Positions 38,077 through 48,226 of a DNA stretch of 64,000 nt are shown piece by piece; position 1 is the first letter of the stretch, and the number at the start of each line of letters is the position of its first letter. The notes under the pieces were generated by a model that was not told the origin of the DNA, made no database searches, and saw nothing but the letters and a program-made list of their open reading frames with translations. The position numbers and the translations under genes were made by a program. The stretch is from Candidatus Neptunichlamydia sp. (GTDB lineage: Bacteria; Chlamydiota; Chlamydiia; Chlamydiales; Simkaniaceae), in contig OZ247587.1 in the NCBI GenBank assembly GCA_965233865.1, forward strand, positions 448,001-512,000. The letters are read 5' to 3'.

Positions 38077-39009
38077 TTATAGGCCGTTAAATATCATCGG
38101 TTTAATTGTCAAGGGTATTTTACGGCGTATATTGAAAAAATTCAAATCTGCTTCTTCGCTGTCAATGTTCATGAAAAATCTTCCTAAAATTGGAGCCAGT
38201 GAGTAACCGGCAGAGGCTAGGTATCCCACTTTTTTCTTCACCATGAAGGAAGAAAATGTTGGGGTTAGCGCAGCTCCAAGAATTGCCGCAATAGCCAGTG
38301 AGCTGAGTTCTTTATTAACCTCGTTCAAGCCGTATTTTTTTTTATTAAGTTCTTCTTTTGCTAACGCGAATGTTGGAGCTAAAATGACCGCAGTGGGAAT
38401 ACTTCCCTTAATTATAGAGAATGTATTTCTAAAGGCGAAGATGCTCTTCATGCCGAGGCAGACAACAGCGTTTGCTATTCCAGAGGCTACTCCAGAGGCT
38501 ATTCCAGCATAGATCCCCATTTTTACACTCTCATTCCACTTAGGGTTTGTAATTTTTTCTTGAGAGGTGACAGCAACTGCAAAGAGTGATGTAATAGCTG
38601 AGATGCTTGCATAGGAGAAAGCTTCTGATAGTGACATCTGATGCGAGTTAAACTTACTGTTCAAATACCGAACAGTAAGAAGCGTTAGCACAAACACACT
38701 GGTTGCCACGACAATTGATCTTTTCTCTTTCTTCTGAGGCTCTGCTGGAATCACGCTATACTTATAAGTCAGGCCAACCGCTGTTCCAGCAGGTGTGGAT
38801 CCTACGAGATTTTTGGCAATCCACTTTATGGCGTTCCAAGAGTGAGATAGTCCCCAACTTGATACAGAGTAAAAGCTCTTTCCAACATGCCAAGAGGCTT
38901 TTGCAGCAAGGACTGCGGTGGCTGTACCAATAATGGTTGCTTGACCGCAGTAAAGTAAATTGTTTCCATAAACTTGTAAATTTCTTTGAGTCATTCTAAT
39001 ACTTCCCAA
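38077..39009 (-). CDS. Hypothetical multi-hydrophobic-segment protein
   Basis: 310-aa ORF with several Ala/Gly/Ser-rich hydrophobic hairpins and an AT-rich upstream region. Confidence 0.7.
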   Translation of the reverse strand: MGSIRMTQRNLQVYGNNLLYCGQATIIGTATAVLAAKASWHVGKSFYSVSSWGLSHSWNAIKWIAKNLVGSTPAGTAVGLTYKYSVIPAEPQKKEKRSIVVATSVFVLTLLTVRYLNSKFNSHQMSLSEAFSYASISAITSLFAVAVTSQEKITNPKWNESVKMGIYAGIASGVASGIANAVVCLGMKSIFAFRNTFSIIKGSIPTAVILAPTFALAKEELNKKKYGLNEVNKELSSLAIAAILGAALTPTFSSFMVKKKVGYLASAGYSLAPILGRFFMNIDSEEADLNFFNIRRKIPLTIKPMIFNGL

Positions 39010-39085
39010 ATTTTGAATTTATAATAAAATTAGGAACATTATACCAAATGTTAATAAATTATAAAAGGTAAAATATTAATCTATC

Positions 39086-39985
39086 TTAAGCAGGTACCTT
39101 ATAGCTCTGAAGTTCTTCTTGGGCTATAGGAACAAGCTCAAGGTAGTTTTCTTGGAGCCAGGGAAGGAGTTTGTGATAAATTTTTTTGAGTTCGTGATTG
39201 TAGAAATATTCAAGATTTTTCTTTGGGTCTCGATGAAACCCCCCAATATCGAGTTCTACAGCTTTTCCATTGATAAAGCCAAAGTTTCGAATCAGGTGAG
39301 GATCTTTATCGCTAAATCCTTTTTTGGCGCGCATCTCTGTAAAAGCAAGGAGTTCTTTTAAAGCCTTCTGTGCTTCTTGGGTTTTCCCTTCTTTTTTTAG
39401 GGAGAGGAGATATTCTCCTGTTGGAATCGCCTTTTTTTGAACCACAAACTCGACATTTTTGAGTTGGATATGGTGCTTAAGGCCAATCCGATCTTTTAAA
39501 ATAATTGTATGATTAAAAAGGGTGTTTTTATTAAGGTGGACAAAGATGACCCCTGTCTCATTTTTAAAAATTGTATAAGCAATTTTGCAGCTTCCAAAGG
39601 TTGATGCGACAGTCCTTTTCTTCTTGAGCTTCCACCGATCCCGTTTTTCAGCAATTTTTTTTGGGAGGGGGAGCTTTTCATAGAGGGGATTCATCCGCCA
39701 TCTTTTGTGCTTAAAAAATTTGAGAACATAGCTGTTGTCTTCGCTGATAAAGACATAGCTTTGCGAGCCACTTTCTAAGTAGGAGAAGGGTTGGTCAAGG
39801 GCTGTTTCTAATTCCAAAAGATCTTCAGGTTCAAAGGTGATATCCCACTTCGGATTGTAAGGGAGCGAGGAAGTAATATTGGGATAACTAAATCCGTCTG
39901 TTAAGGCATGAGAAAAGCGCTCTACTCCGACAATTGCAGCAACGATCAAAAGTCCTATCAGGCATTTATTGATAAATGATTTCAT
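39086..39985 (-). CDS. Membrane-anchored kinase-fold protein (paralog 3 of 4)
   Basis: N-terminal TM; YLESGSQSYVF, VLKFFK, GFSDKDPHLIRNFG and ELDIG motifs. Confidence 0.7.
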   Translation of the reverse strand: MKSFINKCLIGLLIVAAIVGVERFSHALTDGFSYPNITSSLPYNPKWDITFEPEDLLELETALDQPFSYLESGSQSYVFISEDNSYVLKFFKHKRWRMNPLYEKLPLPKKIAEKRDRWKLKKKRTVASTFGSCKIAYTIFKNETGVIFVHLNKNTLFNHTIILKDRIGLKHHIQLKNVEFVVQKKAIPTGEYLLSLKKEGKTQEAQKALKELLAFTEMRAKKGFSDKDPHLIRNFGFINGKAVELDIGGFHRDPKKNLEYFYNHELKKIYHKLLPWLQENYLELVPIAQEELQSYKVPA

Positions 39986-40823
39986 TTAATTCCTCAACAA
40001 ATGGGTCTAACAAAACAGGGTGATTTTCTGCAATCCAAGATTCAAAAGCGCGGGTAATTCGGATCATTTCTGGTCCATAAACTTCTCGTTTTTTTTCTTG
40101 TTCGTATGGGGAAAGCCTTCCGAAATCTATTTGAAAAGGAGTGGTATTGATATACCCAAAATTGGTGCTAAAGTCTGGATCCTTATCGAAGATTCCTTTT
40201 TGACATCGGTCCTTTGCAAGGCGCAGGAGAGAGCAGATTGCTGTTTCTGCAGCCTTTTGATTTCCTTCAGCCATCCAGCGATCTATTGCGGTATAAGCAA
40301 GAGTTCCCTTTTTCTGAAGGAGGAACTCCACTTGGTCAAGATTCAGGAAATGCTTTTTTCCAATTCTATCAATAATCGTGATGGTTTGCTTAAGGTTTGA
40401 CGTTTTTGCTAAATGGAGAGTAATGAGCCCAGTCTCTTCTTTCATCTCGTCGTATGCTAAACAGAGACTATCAAAGGTCTTTTCCAAAATAGATCGTTTC
40501 TTTTCTCTTTTTTTGCCTAAAATTCCCACGTTGGGTAGGAAATTTATCAGAGGAGGCGTTCTCATATGTTGGAATTTGAAAAGTTTAAGAACTGTGGTTC
40601 CATCTTCAGAAAAGAAGACGTAGGATTGACTTCCTGAACCGAAATAAGTGAAGGTTTGTTTAAGGAGATGCCCTGGAATATCTCCTTCGCGATGCCACTT
40701 TTTATTGTCTTCAGTTGGAGCATACACATTGACTAGTGCAAAGCCATCTGTTGCTTTGTGGCAGAAACGTTCTGTTGCAAAAAACAAAAAAACACTCAAA
40801 AAAAATATGAATAATCGCTTCAT
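39966..40823 (-). CDS. Membrane-anchored kinase-fold protein (paralog 4 of 4)
   Basis: N-terminal hydrophobic segment; YFGSGSQSYVF, VLKLFK, GIFDKDPDFSTNFG and QIDFG motifs. Confidence 0.72.
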   Translation of the reverse strand: MKRLFIFFLSVFLFFATERFCHKATDGFALVNVYAPTEDNKKWHREGDIPGHLLKQTFTYFGSGSQSYVFFSEDGTTVLKLFKFQHMRTPPLINFLPNVGILGKKREKKRSILEKTFDSLCLAYDEMKEETGLITLHLAKTSNLKQTITIIDRIGKKHFLNLDQVEFLLQKKGTLAYTAIDRWMAEGNQKAAETAICSLLRLAKDRCQKGIFDKDPDFSTNFGYINTTPFQIDFGRLSPYEQEKKREVYGPEMIRITRAFESWIAENHPVLLDPFVEELNEIIYQ

Positions 40824-40871
40824 TACCGTATATGAAAAGTTATAAGCTTGAGATATAAGGTATAGTATTAG

Positions 40872-42386
40872 ATGAAGACCATTTCTGAAAAGAAAAGAAA
40901 ACGCCTCATTCTCCTTGCGATGACAAGCTCCACCTCACTCATCTTCTTGAATGCTACGCTCCTTCCTGTGGCATTGCCAACGATTCAGAGGGAACTTTTG
41001 GTTTCCATGAGTGGATTACAATGGATTATTAACGCTTATCTTTTGGCAACGGCGGTTTTTGTCATTGCAGGGGGGCGCTTAGGGGATCTTTTGGGCCATA
41101 GGCGCATGTTCTGTATTGGTGTTGCAATCTACTCAATTTCATCGGTGATGGGAGCAATGGCAGAAACAGGATGGTGGCTTATTATGAGCCGAGCAATTCA
41201 AGGGACGGGGGGCGCGCTGATGTCCCCTGCTGGAATGTCTATTCTCATTCATTCGTTTTCTGAAAAGGAACGGGGGAAAGCCATTGGAATTATGGTGGGA
41301 ATTGGCTCTTTATTCCTCTCTTTGGGCCCTTTTATTGGTGGGGCTTTTACTCAATATCTTTCCTGGAGGTGGGCATTTTTGATCAACCCCCTAGTTGCTC
41401 TTTATGGGATTCTGATGGTTATAAAATCTGTTCCAAAATCTGAAACGATAAAGGAGAGCTTTGATTTTCCAGGGTTTATTTCTCTTTCTCTTTCCATTTC
41501 CTGTTTAACGCTTGCTTTGATGCAAGGGAAGGTTTGGGGGTGGGGCTCCTGGCAAGTGGTTTTCCTCTTCCTTCTTGCGGTGTGCTTTCTCTTAGCTGTT
41601 CGAGGGTTGGAGCGGTTTGCAAAACATCCATTTTTTCAATTTAGCCTCTTCAAAAACCGTACTTTTTTAGGTGGCTGTATTTTAATGCTTTGTTCTCAGT
41701 TCATTCTGATGATTACCGTATTTTGGCCCATATATTTTCAGAAGATTGTAATGGACTCTCCTATGGTTGTGGGGCTTATCACGGCAATTGCAACCATCCC
41801 TCTGATGCTGTTTGCTCCAATTGGTGGAAATCTTGCGGACCGCAAGGGAGCGCGTCTTCCGCTGCTTGTGGGCTTTACGCTCCTTTTTTTCAGTCTTATA
41901 TGGTTTGCTTACTTCCTATCGTATCAAAATATTTCCCTCCTTTTTCCCGCACTGTTTGCCTTTGGAGCAGGGATTTCTTTTGTGATGGCTCCAGCAAGTG
42001 CTGCAACCCTTAACGCTGTTCCAAAAATGAAAACAGGGGTTGCTACGGGGATGTATAATATGCTCCGTTTCACGGGAGCGACAGTTGGGGTAGCTGTTCT
42101 AGGAGCAGTTCAGGTCAATGTTCAAGATAATCTGTTTAGTTCCTCCTTAAAAAATCGTCCTGATACGGCTTCTTTAAACCCTGATCTTTATGAAGGACTC
42201 TTAAATAGATTACCCGGTTCGCTAGAATCATCAAGAAGCATTAATTCTGAGACTTTTGCCTATGTTAAAGGGTCTCTGATCAAAGCTTCCATAGTCGCTT
42301 TTTCTGCAATGAACCTTGTGACTGCCGCCGCGGCTGTTCTTTCCTTTTTTATCACCCTGGTTTTTTTTAAAAAAGCAAAAAGGTAA
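40872..42386 (+). CDS. DHA2-family (EmrB/QacA) MFS efflux transporter
   Basis: VALPTIQREL, QWIINAYLL, GGRLGDLLGHRR and WRWAFLIN motifs; 14-TM pattern. Confidence 0.92.
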   Translation: MKTISEKKRKRLILLAMTSSTSLIFLNATLLPVALPTIQRELLVSMSGLQWIINAYLLATAVFVIAGGRLGDLLGHRRMFCIGVAIYSISSVMGAMAETGWWLIMSRAIQGTGGALMSPAGMSILIHSFSEKERGKAIGIMVGIGSLFLSLGPFIGGAFTQYLSWRWAFLINPLVALYGILMVIKSVPKSETIKESFDFPGFISLSLSISCLTLALMQGKVWGWGSWQVVFLFLLAVCFLLAVRGLERFAKHPFFQFSLFKNRTFLGGCILMLCSQFILMITVFWPIYFQKIVMDSPMVVGLITAIATIPLMLFAPIGGNLADRKGARLPLLVGFTLLFFSLIWFAYFLSYQNISLLFPALFAFGAGISFVMAPASAATLNAVPKMKTGVATGMYNMLRFTGATVGVAVLGAVQVNVQDNLFSSSLKNRPDTASLNPDLYEGLLNRLPGSLESSRSINSETFAYVKGSLIKASIVAFSAMNLVTAAAAVLSFFITLVFFKKAKR

Positions 42387-42399
42387 GAAGAAGATAGAG

Positions 42400-43224
42400 G
42401 TGATTATGAAAAGGCTTTTAGGATTTTTTGTTTTTTTTGCAGCAGCACTTTATGGCATTAATGAAGTAAGGGTTGTTCCTACTGTTTCAACTCCAGAACT
42501 CAATACTGTAGCTACGAAAATCGTATTTCCCCGTCCTTATGAGAATAAAAGGAAAACCCCTGTTAATGTGCAGCTTAGAGTGGAAGGGTTTCCTTTAGGA
42601 GTGATCACTCAGAATGATCTTTTTAAAGAGATTTATGACGATCCTGAAGGGCAAGCGATTCATGTCATTATTGATAATGAGCCTTATCTTGTCTATAACC
42701 AGTCCTTTGAAGATTCTTTCGATGGAAATCGGGAATTTCATGATAAAATTGTGAGTTTTCACATTCCATTTACGCTTAAGCCTGGGATGCATGTTTTGCG
42801 GGTATTCCCTGCTCGTTCTTATGGGGAGAGTCTGAAAGGAAAAGGTCTTTTTTCGGCTGAGATTTTCTATTTTCAAGATCGCAAGAAAAGTGATGACCTT
42901 AATATAGATCTCCAAAACCCCTACCTTACTTATAATGAGCCGCAAGGAAGATACCCTTCTGGCAAGGGAGATCCTATTCTTCTCGATTTCCTCCTCTCTA
43001 ACTGTGAGTTAAGCCAGGATGGATACAAAGTGCGACTTACAGTTGATAAAGAGGTTATTTCAACACTCACAAAATATACTCCTTATTTAATTTATGGCTT
43101 AAGCCCAGGAAAACATATCGTTAAGCTCGAACTTCTTGATAAAGATAACAAGATCGTTCCCGGTTTTTTTAATGTGACGCAGCGGGAAGTGGAGATTGAT
43201 AATAATCTTTCTGACGCCTCATAA
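42400..43224 (+). CDS. Hypothetical secreted protein with two repeated Ig-like modules
   Basis: Signal peptide; repeated H-V-I-I-D-N / V-R-L-T-V-D and L-x-P-G-x-H motifs. Confidence 0.75.
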   Translation: MIMKRLLGFFVFFAAALYGINEVRVVPTVSTPELNTVATKIVFPRPYENKRKTPVNVQLRVEGFPLGVITQNDLFKEIYDDPEGQAIHVIIDNEPYLVYNQSFEDSFDGNREFHDKIVSFHIPFTLKPGMHVLRVFPARSYGESLKGKGLFSAEIFYFQDRKKSDDLNIDLQNPYLTYNEPQGRYPSGKGDPILLDFLLSNCELSQDGYKVRLTVDKEVISTLTKYTPYLIYGLSPGKHIVKLELLDKDNKIVPGFFNVTQREVEIDNNLSDAS

Positions 43225-43244
43225 TAAAGTTATAGGAGGGCGTT

Positions 43245-45404
43245 GTGGCAAAGAAGAAGAAAGATCAAGAAATGTCCATCATGGACGCGGTCGACAATCT
43301 CTCAGGAATGGCAGAGCTCGATATAACCGCACCAAAAGAGAGTGAAGCCCTCGGTGTTAAGAAAAATCTCCACAAACTTAAAGAGTTAGAAAAAACAGAG
43401 AAGGAAGAAACCCTCTCGACCATCAAAGGGACTTTCAAAACAGTCCACAAATACCTTGAACACGTTTATTACAAAGACAAAGAGCAGCTGAAAGACCGCG
43501 ACATGCAACGGGGAATTAAAGCGATCATGGTTTTGGCTGATGAAGCTGCTGATAAGCTAGATAAGTGCACCTCTCTTTTTAAGCATACCTATGAAGAGGG
43601 CAAGATCTCTGAGATCAAGGAGTACAGAGACCTCCGCAATTTCTACAGTAAAAAGATCCTAAAACGTTTTGAAGAAGTTCTAGCGACAGAAGCTGCCTGG
43701 CAGGAAGAGTGGGCATCCGAAGATGAGAAGATTAATATCGAGCGCCAGGGTCTCAAAGATTTAGAGATGGTTAAAAGGGATAAGAAGTACGAACTCTTCT
43801 ATATCCGCAAGGATGATGGGAAGCCGTTCTTTAACCGGAATCTTTTGCGGCACATTAAGCTTGTGAGTGACTTCGATGAGGTGATCATGGAATTTGAAGG
43901 GGAAGACCCCCTTCTTCGCATCAATATTCTTCTTGATCATGAAGCTCAAGTTGTTGCGGAAGAAATTCTAGATATCGCAAAAAATGAGCTTGGCAATTTT
44001 TATGCTGATGCTTTTCACCACAAAGAAATTCAGATTGTTGGAGATATGATCAAAATGACCATATCTCTCATGCTTGCTTGTAACCCTCAAAATCTTAATG
44101 AAAACACCATGGGGAAGGTTTGCACTCGTTATCTGAAGGACTTCCACAAATTTTTAAGAGAGATTCTTGTTTCGCCTGATTACCTGCGCCTGATTAACCA
44201 TGCTGTTGAAGAGACAGATCAACTTTCCCGTGCACTTGTTAATCTTGTTCATGCCTTTTCCTTTGCCTTCTTTTGCCATAGTGGAAAGAAACAAGAGATG
44301 CTCGATTTTATGAATGACCTGCTTAAACGCTCCAATGATGGAGAACTTCCTATCAGAAAAGATAAGATTGATACTAACGTCTTTTTGAGTGAAGTTTATG
44401 ACCGTCATGACAGTATCACCGGGATGCTTAAAAAATACCCAAGTGGTCCTCTTTTTAAAACACTTGACATCTTCCAAGAAAGAAATGAAAGGGAAGGATT
44501 CGATCCAATCGATCAAGGAAACCCTCCTTACTACCTTTATACTTTTTCGAGCAGCAACTTTGATTCAAAGTGTCTTAAAATGCCTTGCCCAACTCTCCAT
44601 GCCCATATTAATAAAGCAGAAATTATCGATGAGTTTAAAGGATTTCTACGCTACTTTGAAACAAAGAAGGGGCTTGAAAGACACCTTCACATCAACCTTC
44701 AAGACCGCACTTCATGGGAAGAGCATGCTAGGTGCCAGGCCTTAGAAAAACTTCAAAATCAAGCCGAATTCTCAGAGCAACTGATTCTCGTCACCTTTTC
44801 TAAGAAGAGTGACTTCTACTTTCAGGCCGAAGATTATCTCAATGTCGATACTGCTAAAGATTTTCTAAAGTTATTAGAAGAGCAGGTGAAAAGTGGGGAA
44901 GAGTGCGGCTTCTTTTTCTCTAAACACCTACCCAAGAAAGAGCTTCACGATTTTGTAAAAAAAATTCTTCCAATCCTTCACACGTATTTCTTTAATAAAA
45001 TGGTGAAACTCAAGAGAAAAGAACGGCTGGATTTCATTGAAATTTTCTATCAATTCTTCACCCTGAAAATCCTTGAGCTCTCAAGACCCGATACCTTCAC
45101 CTTTTCATGTAAGGATGGAGTGGATGTGGGTTCTACAGCGAGTGCGGCGTTCTTCACTCTCGTGAAGCTGCTTGGGAAAGAGGATAAGTGGTCTCAAGAA
45201 GAGCAAGACCAACTCTATTGGATCCTCTGTGGTCCAGCACTTACCGTTCGTGAGCGCCTTGTAGATTATCAGAGATTTAGCCGGATGGCGAGCAGCCTTA
45301 GCATCACTGCGCAGATCCTTGCTAAAGACCACGATAAAATTATTAAGACACTTCAGCCTCTTTATAGCACAAAGTTATTCCAGAATCTCAAAAATGAATA
45401 CTAG
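43245..45404 (+). CDS. Chlamydial hypothetical protein (719 aa) with a CX5R-like loop lacking Arg
   Basis: GGAGG RBS; HLHINLQDRTSWEEHAR, DFYFQ and FSCKDGVDVG motifs. Confidence 0.75.
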   Translation: MAKKKKDQEMSIMDAVDNLSGMAELDITAPKESEALGVKKNLHKLKELEKTEKEETLSTIKGTFKTVHKYLEHVYYKDKEQLKDRDMQRGIKAIMVLADEAADKLDKCTSLFKHTYEEGKISEIKEYRDLRNFYSKKILKRFEEVLATEAAWQEEWASEDEKINIERQGLKDLEMVKRDKKYELFYIRKDDGKPFFNRNLLRHIKLVSDFDEVIMEFEGEDPLLRINILLDHEAQVVAEEILDIAKNELGNFYADAFHHKEIQIVGDMIKMTISLMLACNPQNLNENTMGKVCTRYLKDFHKFLREILVSPDYLRLINHAVEETDQLSRALVNLVHAFSFAFFCHSGKKQEMLDFMNDLLKRSNDGELPIRKDKIDTNVFLSEVYDRHDSITGMLKKYPSGPLFKTLDIFQERNEREGFDPIDQGNPPYYLYTFSSSNFDSKCLKMPCPTLHAHINKAEIIDEFKGFLRYFETKKGLERHLHINLQDRTSWEEHARCQALEKLQNQAEFSEQLILVTFSKKSDFYFQAEDYLNVDTAKDFLKLLEEQVKSGEECGFFFSKHLPKKELHDFVKKILPILHTYFFNKMVKLKRKERLDFIEIFYQFFTLKILELSRPDTFTFSCKDGVDVGSTASAAFFTLVKLLGKEDKWSQEEQDQLYWILCGPALTVRERLVDYQRFSRMASSLSITAQILAKDHDKIIKTLQPLYSTKLFQNLKNEY

Positions 45405-45576
45405 GTTTTGTTGAGGAATTTTTATAAATAGTGTAGGTTGTTTCCTTAAACAAGGAGATCTACATATCAAGCCAGCACAGAATAAGTGATCCGATTTGGT
45501 CAAGAATTTATGAATATTTGACCGATTACCCTAAAATACACACAAACAATGAAGAAAAAATACGCCCCTTTGTAGA
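45403..45576 (+). pseudogene. IS5-family element left end with transposase N-terminal fragment, interrupted by the Tn3-family transposon
   Basis: Begins at CTAG/GTTTTGTTGAGG. AAGGAG RBS, then an ATA-started frame ISSQHRISDPIWSRIYEYLTDYPKIHTNNEEKIRPFVEG resembling IS5 (IS427-group) transposase N-termini. Confidence 0.55.
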
Positions 45577-45655
45577 GGGGTCTGAAGCCCAACCGTACGG
45601 AAATGTACGCTAAGGACTTAAAATTTCAACTTAAGTAATTGATTTTTAAACAATT
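45577..45655 (+). repeat. Left terminal inverted repeat (38-bp core extended to about 79 bp)
   Basis: 68/79 match to the reverse complement of 50863-50941; contains the IHF consensus AATCAATTACTTA on the minus strand (45632-45644). Confidence 0.9.
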
Positions 45656-45927
45656 TTTATCAAAAGTTTTTTTTACACACTTGTCCATTACACACATAAT
45701 ATATTTATTATCAAATCTTTAAGTATAAAACTTGAGCTCAATTTGCATTATTATTTAACAAGTTGCTTTAAATAAAATAGTTAAGTAATTAATAGTTAAT
45801 TAAATTTATTTAGTTAACTTTTTATTAAAAAAATGTTATAATTTTATTAAACTTTAAATAAAAAACCAAGGTTAATAATACGAGTATTATATCAATTTTT
45901 GGAAATATTCTTAGATGTCTATCCTCC

Positions 45928-47127
45928 ATGGGTTCTGGTATATCCGGTCAAATTAGTAAAAAAGCTCTTATAATTCCAGCAGCCAATAGTAAAGTTAGCC
46001 AAGGAATCATATCTAGAGCTCTTGAAGAAGGGCAACAAGTCTTTGCTATGACGGGAAGCCTTCAAAAGTCAAGAGAAATATATGGGAGACACATGGATCA
46101 CCCTCGCTTGCAAATTGTTCCAGTGGATCATGCTGATTATGCTGATCTTCTGTGTATATCATCGCTTGTCAGAAAGGCAATGGATGGACATACATTCGAT
46201 CATTTAGGAATTATTAATACTTTAGGAGGAACAAGATCTTTAATAGGGACTCCAGACTCCGAAGAGACGATTGTTCACAAAAACGTTACACAACCAAGAG
46301 GGTTTGTAGTGGGTGCTTTAGAAGGTTCTGATGGTCTTGTTGGGGAGGTAGGGGTAGTTCATATTTCATCTATTGCCGCTTCGATATCAGACCGTGATCA
46401 GTGTACATATGCAAGGGTCCGTGCTAAAGGAGAAGAGGCTATTACAAATGCAACTGAAGATAAGGTTAAATCTTTAACCCATCTAAGAGTAGGACTTGTT
46501 CAACCACATATGCACCGAGATCAATTAGGAAGGCTCGTTCTAGATAGTGGTCATAACCACTCTGCAGAGCACTGGAAAGACCGCTCTATTGTGATGGTTG
46601 GAGGTAAAGATGATAAACCTGTGCAACAACCAGTTTCTCTTCAGTGTGTTGCAAAAGGAGCTCTTGCCGCAACTTCTCGTGATTTTGGGCCTGATCTGTG
46701 GGTTGTTAATGGAGTAAGCAAACAAAAAATGACACAACGTGAATATCTGACATATTTTACAAGTGGTAAGAAAGTCGTTTGTGTTCATGTTCCGCTAAAG
46801 GTTTTACGTGCAATGACAGGGCTTGTTGCAGATGGCCGCTTGCAGCCCTATGCAGTTAGCATTCTTGAGGCGTTAGAAAAAGATCCTAAACTTTTAGACC
46901 CGGATGATTTTGAAAAGCTTCTTGGAGAGCCTGCAGAAACCCTAGATGAAATCTATTCAGGTTCTCAAACAGAATCGTTTTTGCATGATCATCCGCATTT
47001 ACTGCGTTATGTTGCTCAGCTAATAAAAGCAAGTGCTTTTCATCCTATAAGTGGAGCTCATCTTGCTGTTTCAGCATTTACAAGAGAATGGGGTTTATCC
47101 GTTATTGACAAAAGTCACTTGCAGTAA
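45928..47127 (+). CDS. Transposon cargo: atypical SDR / NAD-dependent epimerase-like protein
   Basis: Rossmann-like ALIIPAANSKVSQGII, IINTLG, VVHISSI, Y-x-x-x-R, LRVGLV and QPVS motifs. Confidence 0.65.
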   Translation: MGSGISGQISKKALIIPAANSKVSQGIISRALEEGQQVFAMTGSLQKSREIYGRHMDHPRLQIVPVDHADYADLLCISSLVRKAMDGHTFDHLGIINTLGGTRSLIGTPDSEETIVHKNVTQPRGFVVGALEGSDGLVGEVGVVHISSIAASISDRDQCTYARVRAKGEEAITNATEDKVKSLTHLRVGLVQPHMHRDQLGRLVLDSGHNHSAEHWKDRSIVMVGGKDDKPVQQPVSLQCVAKGALAATSRDFGPDLWVVNGVSKQKMTQREYLTYFTSGKKVVCVHVPLKVLRAMTGLVADGRLQPYAVSILEALEKDPKLLDPDDFEKLLGEPAETLDEIYSGSQTESFLHDHPHLLRYVAQLIKASAFHPISGAHLAVSAFTREWGLSVIDKSHLQ

Positions 47128-47189
47128 CCATCACAAATGAGAAAGCAGCCGGTATATTCCTGTGCTTTCTCATATTTTACCTATCATGA

Positions 47190-47474
47190 TTACTGATCAT
47201 TGTTTTTTATGATGCGATCAATCTTTCTTCGAGTTTCTGCAGCATAAGCTTCTTTATAAATTTCTGCAGCTTTTGGATTCACAATTCCTTGAGGTCCTTT
47301 CCAAGAGGGATATTTAACAGTTTGAAGGTTTCCCCATTTCTGTAAAGTGGTGATGCTGAAATTAGAAATCCTATCCATTAATTGTAGGGGCTGGGATGTA
47401 TGCCCGAAGAACAGACGGTTTGATTGATAAAAACATTGCTTTCCAATAGTTTCTAAAATTGCTCTAATACTCAT
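47190..47474 (-). CDS. Transposon cargo: small hypothetical protein (94 aa)
   Basis: ATG at 47474 follows AAGGAGG; MSIRAILETIG... Confidence 0.6.
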   Translation of the reverse strand: MSIRAILETIGKQCFYQSNRLFFGHTSQPLQLMDRISNFSITTLQKWGNLQTVKYPSWKGPQGIVNPKAAEIYKEAYAAETRRKIDRIIKNNDQ

Positions 47475-47556
47475 GTTGCCTCCTTTTGTTAGGATTAGAA
47501 GGCATAATAACAATTATCAAAATTAAGATCAAAAATTAATCGTTTAAATAAAATTT

Positions 47557-48224
<668 letters not shown>

Positions 48225-48226
48225 CA

